Below, one piece after another: positions 47,301-58,189 of a DNA stretch of 64,000 nt. Position 1 is the stretch's first letter, and each line of letters opens with the position of its first letter. Below the pieces are notes generated by a model, which worked only from the letters and a program-made list of their open reading frames with translations, made no database searches and was not told where the DNA came from. The stretch is taken from assembly GCA_047967505.1 (NCBI GenBank), contig CM106538.1; one strand, given 5' to 3'. The DNA comes from Dipteris shenzhenensis (Eukaryota). A program made the position numbers and the translations under genes.

Positions 47301-50300
47301 CTAAAAGTAAAACGGGTTTCAGCTCCCCACTTTTTGTTTTCAGCTTATGTTCAATCATTCTAAACATGCCTAAGGCCGATACACCATAGATAAAAGACTT
47401 CATATCCAAGATTGTGCGTACTTTTTTCATTATTTTTCTTGGATTATATCTCTTGTGTATTAGTAAAGTGATCAAATTACTACATTGAGTGATTAAAGAC
47501 TCCTTAGTTGCACAAAGGCAGGAAAGTCTATGGAATATTTTGCCAAATCAGAAATGTTTGAGTCAATGTGAGGCATTTTTATAGTGTGTAATTCACTATA
47601 TTCAGGTTATTCACGTTTATAATATATAAGCCTCTAATCCTACGGTAGATTGACAAAGTCTAAAATCTAAGAGAACACAAGAATCCCCTCTTGAAGTGCA
47701 GTTCAATTCACAAGAGTCGCAAGGATAGATTCCTTCTCTAAAAGCACAAGCATCTTTGTACATAAAGTCTTGAAAGTTAGGAACATTTGGTACAAATAAA
47801 TCATCTAGAAAACGCCTAACTTGACTAAGCTTATGTAAAATGATAGGTTAAGTATTGATAGAAATAAGACATTGCATAAACTCAAATTCCTAAGTGAAAA
47901 GATAAAAGTGTGCTAAAAAGACTAGTGCTCATAGGGATTCCTATAATTTGTTAAAACAAAGAATCACCTATTATCTAAAGAAAATCTATCCAAGAGCAAA
48001 CATCTTCAATACTTATGACCTTTGTGTCTCTTTTCCTTTTAGAATCAATGTCATGGTCTTTACTATTTAGCCACAACAAGTCAAAACATAAAGCTATTTT
48101 CTCAACTTTCAGCACTTGGCATCTATCTTTGTCAAATCTTAGGTTAAAAACTTCAGCCATTAGCTTTTTTATTCTAAACCAGCTCATCTTTGTAAAAGCG
48201 TAGTAAAGTCATAGGTTTGAAGGAGAATAGGAGGCTCTTTTTCTTGAATGCTTTGAGAGGAATTAAATTTTTTTATAATAGGAATCACTCCTAAAGAGTC
48301 ATTTAAAATCTAGCTTGATTACGAGGAGACATCTGCCTCCTTTAATAAGTCCCTCCAAACTTCATGGACACTAGGAAACATGGCTTTGAAGTAGTAGCTT
48401 AGCCATTTAGAGACATCTATGAAAGTAGTCTTACAAAGAAGCTGCAATTGAGAGTGCTCTCAACGGAAGCAAGAACGGAAGAGGGAGAGAAAGAAATAGA
48501 GAGCCACACAAGTTTTGGTGGGTGCAGAACCACCCTAATCTTCTTTTTCATTCATTTATATATGTGTTTGAGTATTGTACATAACCGGGGTAAAGGCACA
48601 GTGACCTTTAACCCCCACAACCTCCCACTTAAAGGATAATGTGCCTTTAAGGGAGAACAACCAGTGAGCATACTATCTGATGCCCATCAATACACGACAA
48701 TACTCAAACCGCTGACTAGGTAGACTCTTCGTCAGCATATCTGTAGGGTTATCATCTCTATGAACCTTGACAAGCTCTATGCGCTTGTCCTTAAGTACCT
48801 CCTTGATGAAATGGTACCTGAACTCAATGTGTTTGGTCTTTGCATGAAAGATCGGATTCCGTGCTAGCTAAATAGCACTCATGGAATCACTATGCAATGT
48901 CGGTACACCTGTATGAATCCCCAAATCTCCCACTAGCCTATCAAGCCATATAGCCTCCTTGCAACCCTCTGTGGTTGCAACATACTTAGCCTCTGTGGTA
49001 GACAAAGCAACGCACTTCTGTGCGTGAGACATCCACGACACTGTACCACCTGCAAAGGTTAACACATAACCAGAAGTGGATCTCCTACTATCCACATGCC
49101 CTGCATAGTCTGAATCTGTGTACCCAAGTACACGCATGTCTCCTTTACCAAAGCAGATGCACATCTCCTTGGTACCCTTCATGTACCTCATGATGCACTT
49201 AACTGCCTCCCAATGCCTCTTTCCTGGATTACCCATATACCGGCTAATAACTCCCACTGCAAATGTAATGTTTGGTCTAGTAGCTATCATAGCATACATA
49301 AGACTCCCAATTGCTGATGCATAAGAAACCTTGACCATCATGGCCCTCTCCTCATCTGATTTGGGACTATCTGTATGACTCAGTTTCACATATGGAGGCA
49401 ATGGAGTACTCACTGCCTTCCCCCCCTCCATATTGAAACGCTGCAATACTTTTGTAACATACTTCTTCTGTGAAAGCCAAAGGAGTTTTTTACTCCGATC
49501 ACGCGTGATGCGCATACCAAGAATATGACCTGCAAGTCCAAAATCCTTCATATCAAAGGCCTCATGCAACTTGGCCGTTAATGCATCTAGCTCATAAGTA
49601 TTCTTGCTAGCCAACAGCATATCATCCACATATAGTGCCAGGATTATCAGGCTATTATCCTTAGCCCTTTTAGTGTAGAGGTAGTGATTAATTTCACTCC
49701 TTTTAAAACCCTGGGACTGAATGAAAGCATTAAACTTCTGATACCATTCTCTAGGCGCTTGCTTAAGACCAGAGAGACTCTTCTTCAGCTTGCAAACTAA
49801 ATGCTCTTTGCCCTTTTCTTCAAAGCCTTCTGGCTGCACCATGTAAATTTCCTCATGCAAATCCCCATGCAAGAAAGCTGTCTTGACATCCATCTGCATA
49901 AGCTCCATATCCTCTACTGCCACTAGTCCAAGCATGCATCTAAGTGGTCATCTTCACAACCGGAGAGAATATCTCATCAAAGTCCACACCCTTCTCTTGC
50001 TTGAACCCTTTAGCGACCAAACGGGCCTTGTACCTACGCACATCATCACCTGTGACCTTCATTTTGTAGACCCATTTACATGGCAATGCTTTCTTTCCAT
50101 GTGGCAAAGAAACCGAGTCCCAAGTCTTATTCTTCATAAGTAAACTCATCTCTGATTGCATAGCATGCTCCTACTTGCGTTGATCCTCACGCATCATAGC
50201 CTCTCTGTAGCAAGAAGGCTCCCTGCAATCAGTAAGCATCACATAGTCTACCCTTGGAACAAACCTATCAGGCGGTCTAGACACTCTAGATGATCTTCTC

Positions 50301-53300
50301 AAGGGCATTTCAGCTTGCTGTCCCACCTGCATATCAGCCACATTTGGCTCATCATTTCCACCAATAGATGATCCATCATCTACCCTTGATTGTATACCTG
50401 TGGGAGTATTTGGTGGTACCATTTCTTGCACATTTGGTGCATGGACAGCTTACTGTCTATCAACATATGCAAGTGGATTCACATCCTGGAAAGCGATTCT
50501 CCTCATTTCAACCTCCCTCATGGGTGCCTTCTGCATTTTCTTCTCATTGAAGACTATATCATGGCTGCGTATGATCTTCTTTGCTTCTGGATCCCAGAGA
50601 CGATAGCCCATCTCTCCACTTTCACCATAACCCAGAAAGATGCATTTCCTAGACTTAGGATCTAGCTTCTTTCGAAGCTCTTTCGGCACATGTGCATATA
50701 CCTCACACCCAAATATATGTAAATGAGAGTAAGAGGGCTTCTTGCCACTCCATGCCTCTTCAGGAATACCACCATCCAAACTCTTACTAGGTAATCTATT
50801 GATCACATGCACTGCAGTCTTCATTGCCTCAGCCCAAAAACCACCAGAAAGACTTGCATTGGAAAGCATGCATTGCAACCTTTCTTAAATCACACAGTTC
50901 ATCTTTTCTGCAACTGGATTTTGCTCTGGAGTACGAGGGGATGTGAGCTCCCTCTTAATCCCACCTGTATCACAGAAATGCTGAAAGTCATGAGAGAGAT
51001 ACTCTCCACCATTGTCAGTCCGTAGGCATTTAAGCGTTCTACCTGACTGATTCTCAACCAAGGCCAGCCATTTCTGAAATACCTGAAATACATCACTCTT
51101 CTGAGCTATAGCATAAGCCCACACTTTCCTAGTTGCATCATCAATGAATGTCACATAGTATTCAGCCCCGCCTAATGACCGTGTAGGCATGAGACCACAT
51201 ACGTCTGAATGCACCAAATCAAGCTTTTCAAACTCTTTCTTTCCCCTTCTTTTATGGGCTGATTTAGTCTGCTTCCCATATAGACAGTGCTCACAAAATT
51301 CAAAATCAAAGAAACTCAAATGCGGTACATAACCCAAACGGCATAAGAGTTTCATTCCATTTTGGCTCATGTGCCTCAACCTGCAATGCCATAAAGAAGT
51401 GCTTGGCTGCTCGGTTATTGCAACAACATGATCAAATATCCCTGATACATGTAAGGGATACAAAGTCCCACACTTGGTACCCCTGGCCAAAAGCATAGAG
51501 TCCTTCTGAATTTTCCAACTCTAAAAACCAAAAGTAGTGTGAAAACTAGCATCATCTAGCTGACCCACTGAAATAAGACTCTTGGTCAACTTAGGCACAT
51601 GTCTCACATGTTTCAAAATAAATGCAGACCCATTTGCAAAAGAAAACTTTATGTCACCTGCTCTGACTATGTCACATGCATAGTCATTTCCAAGATGCAC
51701 ACAACCTGCCTTTCCACTGTCATAAGTGGAGAACCATTCCCTATGGGGAGTAACATGGAATGAAGCACCAGAATCCAAAATCCAATCTTGGGAATATGCA
51801 TCATCTGAAGTGGTAAGCAACTCTGCAGATAAACTAGACATGAAGAGAATGTCATTGTCACTATCATGTGTGACTGCATTGATCTCCTCAATCTTCACTT
51901 TTCCTTTGTCCTCCCTTGGACTCTCTTCCTTCTTATTTGCACCCCAATTTGCATTCTTTTTCTTATCCTTTTGCTCCCTTTTCAGCTTGTAGGAATCCTT
52001 TTTCATATGGCCCTTCTTGCCACAGTGGTAACACTCAATGTTCTATGCCCTGGATTTGCTACGAGACTTTCCTCTTTCTTGGGACTTCCCCCTGAACTGT
52101 GATCTGCCCCTTTGCATATTTAAGGCTGCATCCTGCTTGTTGCCGTCCATAGACTTCCGTCTAATCTCCTCGGCCAACAAGCTACCCACAACATCATCCA
52201 CCAGGTGCAGAGTTACTGATAGCTGTACGGAAGGTATCCCAAGAGGATGGCAATGAACATAAGAGAAATATTGCCTTAGTCTCCGCATCAAAATTCATCT
52301 TCTGAGCCTGAAGCTGGCTGAAAATAATATTAAATTCATTCAAGTGAGAAGCAATGGAGACCCCTTCCTTCATCTGCAGCTCAAACAACCTCTTCATGAG
52401 GTGAACTTTATTAGAGGCAGTTTCCTTCTCATAAGTGCCACACAGTTTCTTCCACAAATCTTCCGTAGTCTGCTCATTTACTACTATGAAAATAAACAGA
52501 CTCTGCAAGATGAAGTCTAATAGTAGACTTTGCTAATGTATCCAACTCATTCCAATCATCCTCAGACATATTTGCAAGCTTAGCTTCAATCCCTGCCAAG
52601 GGTTTAATCTGTTTCTTTTGAATAAGCACATCCCTTATCTGTTCTTTCCACAAAGAAAAGTTTGTCCCATCAAACTTTTTAATGTTGAAAAACTCCTTTT
52701 CAGACATGGAAGAGGATGCCATGATGCAAATAAAGCAAAATCCCAAATGCTAGTGCCTGTAAGAGAGAATCACACCAAATACCAGGTGCACCCAAATGTG
52801 TATGCCACAATAGAGTGCAATATCACCAAAACTCAAAGCTCAAAGCATCAAAAGATGCATCTGACTCATGTGCATATACTATGCATCCATATGAGCAAAT
52901 CTGGCCCAAAAGAAAATGCCAACTGCAATGGCAATCCAAAATGCTAGTAAGTGCCAAATGGCTCAAGTATAAAGACCGTCCATGGGCATATGCATCAATA
53001 ATATCTCATCCAAGAGAGCATAGCACTATCAGTACATCACCTGTAATGTGTCAAAGCTGTCCCTCAGCATAAAATAGCATCCATGTGCAAAGCGTCCATA
53101 AAAATAGCATCCCACAAGGCAATTTGGGCCTATCAGCGCATCCAATAAGGACCGCAATGCATCCAAATGGCCTATAAATCATCCACTGCAACCCAATGCA
53201 TACCGCGAATGAGCGCACAACACTGCTCAAACTGTAACCAGAGTGATCTACATAAGATATGCTCAAGAAATCATGGTCCCACGGTAATGACTACTACTGA

Positions 53301-56300
53301 AAAATAGAACCTGAGATGCCTCAAAACATGGGCACCATTGCATAATCGGACTCAGCAAGAAAATTTGCAAATCTCTCTCTTCTGCCGGAACTCCAAAATC
53401 CCAACCGATGAGTGAGAAATGGGAGTCAACACTTATCCACTGCCATGTGGCATAAATCTAAGGTTTCAAAACCTTAGAATGAAAAATGCATAAAAGAGAG
53501 ATGAAATCGAATACACAGAAATCTATAACTCTGAAAATCCTCCACCGAATCGCGCAAGAATTGACAGATAGGGATTTTTGGGCGTCCGGAACGCAATGGG
53601 ACAGACGGTTTTGAAAACCGTGGTCTCAATCATTGGGTCCAACACATGGATTGAAAAACGTTTTTGGAAACAGAGCTGTTTGTAAACTCCACCGGAGTGC
53701 GAATGATGAGCAACATAGAAGTTTTAGGACCTCCTGAGTCCACCGGAACTGACAGATCTGCAAATGGTTGCTCCAAACTTGAGTTCCAACACCCGAGCAG
53801 AAAAACGTAAGAACTGACACAGTGAGTCAAAAATCCAATGAAATGATCCTAGATTCAAGAATGAAGGTGTTTCTAAGCTCCTGAAGTGAAGTGGACACCA
53901 AAAGCAAGCAATAGTTGCCTCTACAAGTCAATACGAAGTCTCTGTCATCGAACGGAACAGAGAAAAGCTCAAAAAACGACTTTTTCTTTGAAAACACTTA
54001 ATAGGCTCTCAAAACCACTTCGCAAAGCCAAAGTGACTTTTCCAAAGGTTCCTCCAAGGTCTCTATACACTCGGATGCAGGTAAAGTCACCCACAAAGCT
54101 TCCCACAGAGCTTCTCCTGCTTCCCACAGAGCTGCTGAGCTTCCAGGCATTCACGCACTCTCAGCTAGATCACTCGGGCTCTGATACCAGTTGAGAGTGC
54201 TCTCAATGGAAGCAAGAACGGAAGAGGGAGAAAGAAAGAAACAGAGAGCCACATAAGTTTTAGTGGGTGCAGAACCACCCTAATCTTCTTTTTCATTCAT
54301 TTATATATGTGTTTGAGTATTGTACATAACCGGGGTAAAGGCACAATGACCTTTAACCCCCATAGCAATAAATCTTGGCTTATTTGGAGTTTTGTGAAAC
54401 TTCCAAGCAGCACAAAGAAAAGGGATACTTAGATTGCAAACAAGCCCTGAAGACTTGTAAAAACTCTGGTGTTGCTTTTGAGAAACTAAGGCACGGGCGT
54501 AAGTTTTGGCTAGCGAGTTTAATTCTCTCAAAATACATTCTAAGTAAACATTTTTGCAAATAAAAACAAAATTAATGGAACATTTGTCTATATAAGATAT
54601 GACAAATTTCCTACGGAATTTTCAAAGAAGAGTTTCACCTTCTTTAGAAAGATGGTTACTTTGCTTTGAGCAATTAACTGAAGAGACTTCTTCTAGTTTC
54701 AAACTCACTTTCTTCAAAATCTTCCCTTTCCATTCTGATACAATATTTTGAACTCCTAAACTTTCTTCTATTTGCAAAGAAAACTTTGAGATTCCCTTAT
54801 CAATAGCTTTTAAAAGGAAAGACTATTTTGAAGAGTACAATCGAAATTTCGTGCCTTTCATGAAAAGGTCTCTTTAGTTACTAGAAAGTAAAATTGAAGT
54901 ATTAGATGTGGCTACATGTCCTAAATCAGCATCAATGAAGCTTTGGAATCTCTTTCTTTTACAACAACAAGGTTCTCTAAGGATAGAAGATTTTGAATGC
55001 TTTGAAAGCCTTTTACCTATCTCTCCATAGTTGAAAGCCTTTTGTCCTAAAGTTTTTGCATACTTCCAACCCACTATTAATTCTTCTCACATAATAAGGG
55101 AAAGAATCCATTACTTTAGGAGACTTCAAAATTGAGTGCAAGCCTACCTTATCAAGAGAAGAAGTAAATATAGAAAGCAAGAGTTTCTTATTATAATGGA
55201 GTTCTTTGCTTTGAAAGGAAGCTTTTAGTTTTAAGAGGCGATCCAATAGTGCTTTAAGCTGTATATAATGGAGCTTATTTAGATTCAAATCCTCAAAAGA
55301 GAAGTTTTCCAAGGTGTATAGAAGTTTGAACATAACTTTGACATTATATTTTTCAAAACCTTTTAATTGAAAAAAGACCCAGAGACATTAGTCTATCTAG
55401 GTAAAGAAGTCTTCTTTTATAGTCTCGAGAAGCAAAAACTCTTGGAACTGAGGAAGCTAAAGGAACTGAAAGAGGAGGAGAGGAACTGAGGGAAGCAAAT
55501 CACGATCAACATGAGAGATTGTAGGAGAGCTAAGAAAATCCCATAGCATAACTTTAGGTTTTCATACAAGGGTATGTATATGACTGTTGATAAGGAGAAA
55601 TGTTAAAAGGCTTGACATGAGTTCTCCACATCATAGGGTTCTTTTATTCTTATGATGAGTTGATTTTTCCTTCCAAATTTAAACCTCTTGGGAAGAAAGT
55701 CATCCAAAACAATTCAGGAGATCAAGCAACCTTGTAAAAATGCTTGGCATTTTTAAAATGGTCCTCTATATGCTTAATATGAAAGCAACGAAAAGATTTT
55801 AAACCTGATTTTGCCATTGCCACATATAAGGTTTTTAAAATTTCAATCAAGGAATTCTTCTTATGAACTTTTCTAGCTTCCCTAACATGTTCTTGAAACT
55901 GAATAAAAGCCTTCTAATAGGTTTGTCCTACATAAAGCATATTACTACTATGTATGTTATAGACAACATAAATTACTTGTGTGGTATGAATAGGACTAAT
56001 AGGAACGGAAATCTTAAGATGCTTGTTTCTAAGACGTCTTAGTTTATTAAGAATTCTTATGTTATTATTTATAATGAGTGCTAGCTAATAAAGCCTTAAA
56101 GTTAGACCAATTGATGTTACCTTCACCAAAATCATTCATGTTTGACCTAGCTAAAAAGTTAAACCTTTCTCTACATATGTTTCTTCGAACCTTTTTGTTT
56201 TGATTTACTTAGCTAGACCCAATTAAATCACCTACCAAAAAGACAAGAATCACTAGCATTTCCAATGTTGTTCGGTGAGGTCAGGTGATCCAACATTGGG

Positions 56301-58189
56301 GAACTTGTTTGCACTCTCCTTGCCCATCTCAAGGAAGTTTCTCCCTTACTAATAACTATATCCCCTAACTCTAGCACGAGCAAGACTAGTATTTAGGGGG
56401 AGGCTTGTTTGCACAGTCGTTACTCATCCGAAGGTAACTCCTTCCTTACTACTACAAGGGTACGTCACAAGAGCCAGATGACGTCAAGGGAGATCGCTTT
56501 GTTGGTTTCCAAAAGGCAAATTCATCATAGCATGTATCCCTAAGCCAATATACCCCCCGAATTGGAGATTACAATTAGGGTTAGCCAGGGCCCCAAGGCC
56601 ACTGTAAGAGCTTTTTCATCGTAGAAAAGCCAAAAAAGAGAGAAAAGTTAAGTTACAAAGATAAAATAAAACTTTAAAAAATAAATAAAATAAGGTGGAG
56701 AAGAGAGAACAACACTACCAAAGACAAGAATTGGTAATGGGAATATAGACTTGTGGAGGAGGTTGGTGTAAAGAGTTGAGGAGGGCTTTGGGAGAAAGGA
56801 GGGGTTTGGGGAAGCAGGGATAGAGTGCTTTTTGATATTGGAAGGACGGGAGATGCATGCAACATGCACCACAAATAGTTATTAATAGCAACTATGCACT
56901 TGGGAATTGAGACATTGTGGAATCTTTTGCATATTGTTCGCATAATAGCATTCATTGGGGACTTGGCTTGGACAATTGCAGCAAGTGCAGACCTTCTCTT
57001 GAGGCAAGTCTGCAAGTAGCCGTGGCTGGTCCTAATTGCCCTATTGGCCTTCCACAAATGTTCATAAGCCTTTCTTTCTTTCTTTCATTTTCCAATGTTC
57101 ACATTAAATATCATTGAGATGCGCTAGACACCTGTAGTCCCCCTACATGGGCTGTATGAGCCCATGGCTGGTCCTAATTGCCCTATCCTGTCTTTTTTTT
57201 TTTTCATAGGCTTTTTTGGCCTTCCACAAATGTTAATACACCTTTCTTTCTTTCATTTTCCAGTGTTCAAATTAAATATCATAGAGTTGTGCTAGACACC
57301 TGTAGTTCCCCTACATGGGGTGTATGAGCTTGATGTATTTCAGACTTTGGTCTCATTGGACTTTTGATCTTTCCTAGACATTATTAAATCTTTCTTTCTT
57401 TTTCCTCCCTCCATTGATGGGGCTTGCAAACTAGGCCTTTAAATATTAGAGGATGCATGCAAATAGTAACCTAGAGCATGATCATTGTATCCTAGAATGG
57501 TACTTTGTGGCAGACCTTAACCTCTCATACTGTTTGATCAGCAAGTCATGGTGCTCCTAAGATGACATCGATTGGCCCTAATTGGGTGACAATGAAAGAG
57601 CCTTTTGCTTTTACTGCTTTGGCATCATTCTCTCTTCAGTAGCCTCGGTTGTCTTTCGTCATTTCTAGCTTTATTCTTCCTTTCCCATGGATACACAAGC
57701 ATACATAGACTTTTAATCTATAGAATAATCAAGAAATGTGTTACCATGTTGAATTGGAAGAGGAAAAACATGAAGAAAAGTACGCCAAAATTGTTGTGGA
57801 GGAAAAAATCGAATTGAAACATCATGCCAAAGAGTACAATAAGAGTCGAGGATATCAATGCCAACACGAACTCCCATAAAAGCCAAGATAACCAATATGC
57901 TGAGTCCAGAAGCCCCATTATCGACATGGCCTGGAGAAGCCCAGAAGCTGAAATGTTAATATCTCTTCAATTATATGAAAAACTCAATATATAACAGTTT
58001 GACAGACAGACTTAATTACCTGCCGAAGTTTTAGCTCCCTCTCAGTAACAAGGTTGCTCATTTGAATGACAAATCCAAACATGGTAGCTGCGAGCAGGAA
58101 GATAGGCCCTACTGTCCCAACTGTTGAAAATGTTTCAAGGCTGGGGTGAGCATATTCCTTGAATGCAACTGACCATTCAATGGTTGAAT
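13626..58189 (-). CDS. ABCA2: ABC transporter A family half-transporter (ABCA2/ATH1-like), partial, 13 exons in window
   Basis: Spliced exons join in frame without stops. TM region ...[16 protein letters not shown]..., Walker [11 protein letters not shown]-loop GVCPQ, signature [10 protein letters not shown], Walker B VYLDEP, H-loop [10 protein letters not shown]-terminal [12 protein letters not shown]. Collinear with Arabidopsis ABCA2 as I recall it. All introns between visible exons are GT-AG. Confidence 0.93.
14009..14089 (-). CDS. ABCA2: ABCA exon ([27 protein letters not shown])
   Basis: NAGNAG acceptor AAGCAG, donor ACG|GTACTT, 81 bp. Confidence 0.88.
14188..14478 (-). CDS. ABCA2: ABCA exon ([13 protein letters not shown]...KSFFKE)
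   Basis: H-loop. Acceptor CTGCAG, donor GAG|GTGAGA, 291 bp. Confidence 0.93.
14628..14771 (-). CDS. ABCA2: ABCA exon with ABC signature and Walker B
   Basis: [27 protein letters not shown]. Acceptor ATACAG, donor CCG|GTAATA, 144 bp. Confidence 0.93.
14964..15053 (-). CDS. ABCA2: ABCA exon ([14 protein letters not shown]...LVKE)
   Basis: Acceptor TTTCAG, donor GAG|GTAATT, 90 bp. Confidence 0.92.
15143..15219 (-). CDS. ABCA2: ABCA exon (ALVYGNSIR...MGVCPQ)
   Basis: Acceptor TCACAG, donor CAG|GTATGC, 77 bp. Confidence 0.92.
15470..15587 (-). CDS. ABCA2: ABCA exon with Walker A ([31 protein letters not shown])
   Basis: Acceptor TTGCAG, donor ATG|GTATGT, 118 bp. Confidence 0.93.
16282..18352 (+). 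mobile_element. Ty1/copia element A, left part (leader, deleted gag, RT start); same family as copia C
   Basis: Homologous to the reverse complement of 20366-26383 ([46 protein letters not shown]). Several internal deletions including PR and INT. No matching 5' LTR found. Confidence 0.85.
16509..16625 (+). repeat. Perfect 51-bp tandem duplication (2.3 copies)
   Basis: AAATTTGGGGCTTTTAGTTCAATTGCCTCTTTCACGGGCAATTTCTTGCAG twice. Confidence 0.95.
20021..20157 (+). mobile_element. 137-bp poly(A)-tailed retro-insert (5'-truncated LINE or SINE)
   Basis: A13 tail (20145-20157) and 8-bp TSD GCCTATGG (20013-20020 and 20158-20165). Removing it restores gypsy [14 protein letters not shown]. Confidence 0.88.
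20366..26383 (-). mobile_element. Complete Ty1/copia element C (decayed ORF)
   Basis: LTRs 20366-20593 and 26150-26383 (TG..CA, about 11 substitutions and 2 indels), TSD ATCGT, PBS tRNA-iMet 26136-26147, gag from 24929, [21 protein letters not shown], RNase H, PPT. Confidence 0.96.
25623..26018 (-). promoter_or_regulatory. CCGTAC array in the copia C 5' leader
   Basis: 11 exact GTACGG on the plus strand plus decayed variants in about 400 bp. Function is inferred. Confidence 0.5.
29271..33762 (+). mobile_element. RTEX-like LINE copy 3 with the whole RT deleted; inserted in gypsy B 3' LTR; 5' edge approximate
   Basis: ORF1 about 29962-31200, endonuclease from WNCNG (about 31254), deletion junction at about 32397, C-terminal region, 3' motif and (CTTT)n tail. 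Confidence 0.88.
29279..29820 (+). repeat. (CT)n microsatellite followed by a C-rich GCTA(C/A)CCCC minisatellite
   Basis: Directly visible; dozens of CGCTACCCC/GCTAACCCC units. Confidence 0.9.
34590..36890 (+). mobile_element. RTEX-like LINE copy 4, 5'-truncated; YADD region deleted
   Basis: [31 protein letters not shown]. 35535-36890 is highly similar to 32398-33762. 3' motif and (CTTT)n tail. Confidence 0.9.
35164..35180 (+). repeat. Short interstitial plant telomeric repeat (AACCCTA)2.4
   Basis: AACCCTAAACCCTAAAC at a deletion junction. Confidence 0.75.
37900..43428 (+). mobile_element. L1 LINE (a), near full length, decayed; 5' edge approximate
   Basis: ORF1 with plant L1-type RRM region and CFECKKFGH knuckle. 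ORF2 endonuclease (TLNVLG, GDCN, SDYAP), RT (GWDG, WRPITL, DIAKAFD, QGCPL, YADD), zf-RVT, poly(A). Confidence 0.88.
43441..44104 (+). mobile_element. L1 LINE (b), 5'-truncated, inserted at the tail of L1 (a)
   Basis: zf-RVT ([13 protein letters not shown]), 3' UTR, A8 tail, 12-bp TSD GTGTGTG(C/T)G(C/T)GC. Confidence 0.85.
44268..44485 (-). CDS. ABCA2: ABCA exon (GGDVCTC...DEDVAAEE...YHAVK)
   Basis: Acceptor TTTCCAG, donor AAG|GTTTGG, 218 bp. Confidence 0.92.
44580..44739 (-). CDS. ABCA2: ABCA exon (DQIYIWL...[16 protein letters not shown])
   Basis: Acceptor CCCCAG, donor GAAG|GTTTAC, 160 bp. Translated by hand; not in the ORF track. Confidence 0.9.
45031..45231 (-). CDS. ABCA2: ABCA exon (LVTAFGFPY...NCVLTM)
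   Basis: Acceptor ATGCAG, donor ATG|GTATTT, 201 bp. Confidence 0.92.
45321..45416 (-). CDS. ABCA2: ABCA exon ([10 protein letters not shown]...IGFLTE)
   Basis: Acceptor GGAAAAG (weak), donor GAG|GTATGC, 96 bp, in frame. Confidence 0.88.
48449..54364 (-). mobile_element. Complete Ty1/copia element D (Tnt1/Tork-like), decayed
   Basis: LTRs 48449-48619 and 54192-54364, TSD GCAAT, PBS tRNA-iMet 54176-54189, gag [39 protein letters not shown], RNase H, PPT AAGTGGGAG. Confidence 0.95.
56261..56545 (-). ncRNA. Candidate tandem hammerhead-like structured RNA units in the PLE leader
   Basis: Three GATG(A/G)-N13-AAAC cores about 100 bp apart, separated by sequence-unrelated hairpins. Cores are non-canonical. 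Confidence 0.4.
57022..57400 (+). repeat. Imperfect tandem duplication (about 140-165 bp) ending in a degenerate RTEX-type 3' tail
   Basis: TGGCTGGTCCTAATTGCCCTAT...CTAGACACCTGTAG..CTACATGGG.TGTATGAGC twice, then GGTCTCATTGGAC...AGACATTATTAAATCTTTCTTTC. Confidence 0.6.
57745..57930 (-). CDS. ABCA2: ABCA exon ([16 protein letters not shown]...FQFNM)
   Basis: Acceptor CTCCAG, donor ATG|GTAACA, 186 bp. Confidence 0.92.
58020..58189 (-). CDS. ABCA2: ABCA exon ([15 protein letters not shown]...TERELKLRQ)
   Basis: Acceptor TTTACAG, donor CAG|GTAATT, 170 bp. Confidence 0.9.

Larger units (their letters stand above)
47250..56560 (-). mobile_element. Penelope-like element with N-terminal GIY-YIG (Naiad/Chlamys type), decayed, split by copia D
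   Basis: Hand translation gives [32 protein letters not shown] (55980-55670) and CCC..F..GHVAT, KGTKFR (about 54970-54840). RT motifs: KFHK..KPRF|IAAS, TYDFTTL, GIPM, RFLDDL (47800-47814), [12 protein letters not shown]. Confidence 0.85.

Noticed and set aside
48587-48615. Hairpin GGGGTAAAGG..CCTTTAACCCC at the copia D LTR end
   Set aside because: Imperfect, and only two near-identical copies are available, so there is no covariation evidence.
56304-56456. CRISPR-like repeat-spacer pattern or twister-sister ribozyme (GTAAGG and GTGCAAAC words)
   Set aside because: Eukaryotic context, only 2-3 divergent units and no cas genes. I could not form the twister-sister P4 stem around TGCAAAC or find the GCTCA cleavage strand.
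56600-57020. Possible L1 3' end on the minus strand
   Set aside because: Only a T-rich UTR-like stretch and a short A-run; coding similarity too weak to call.
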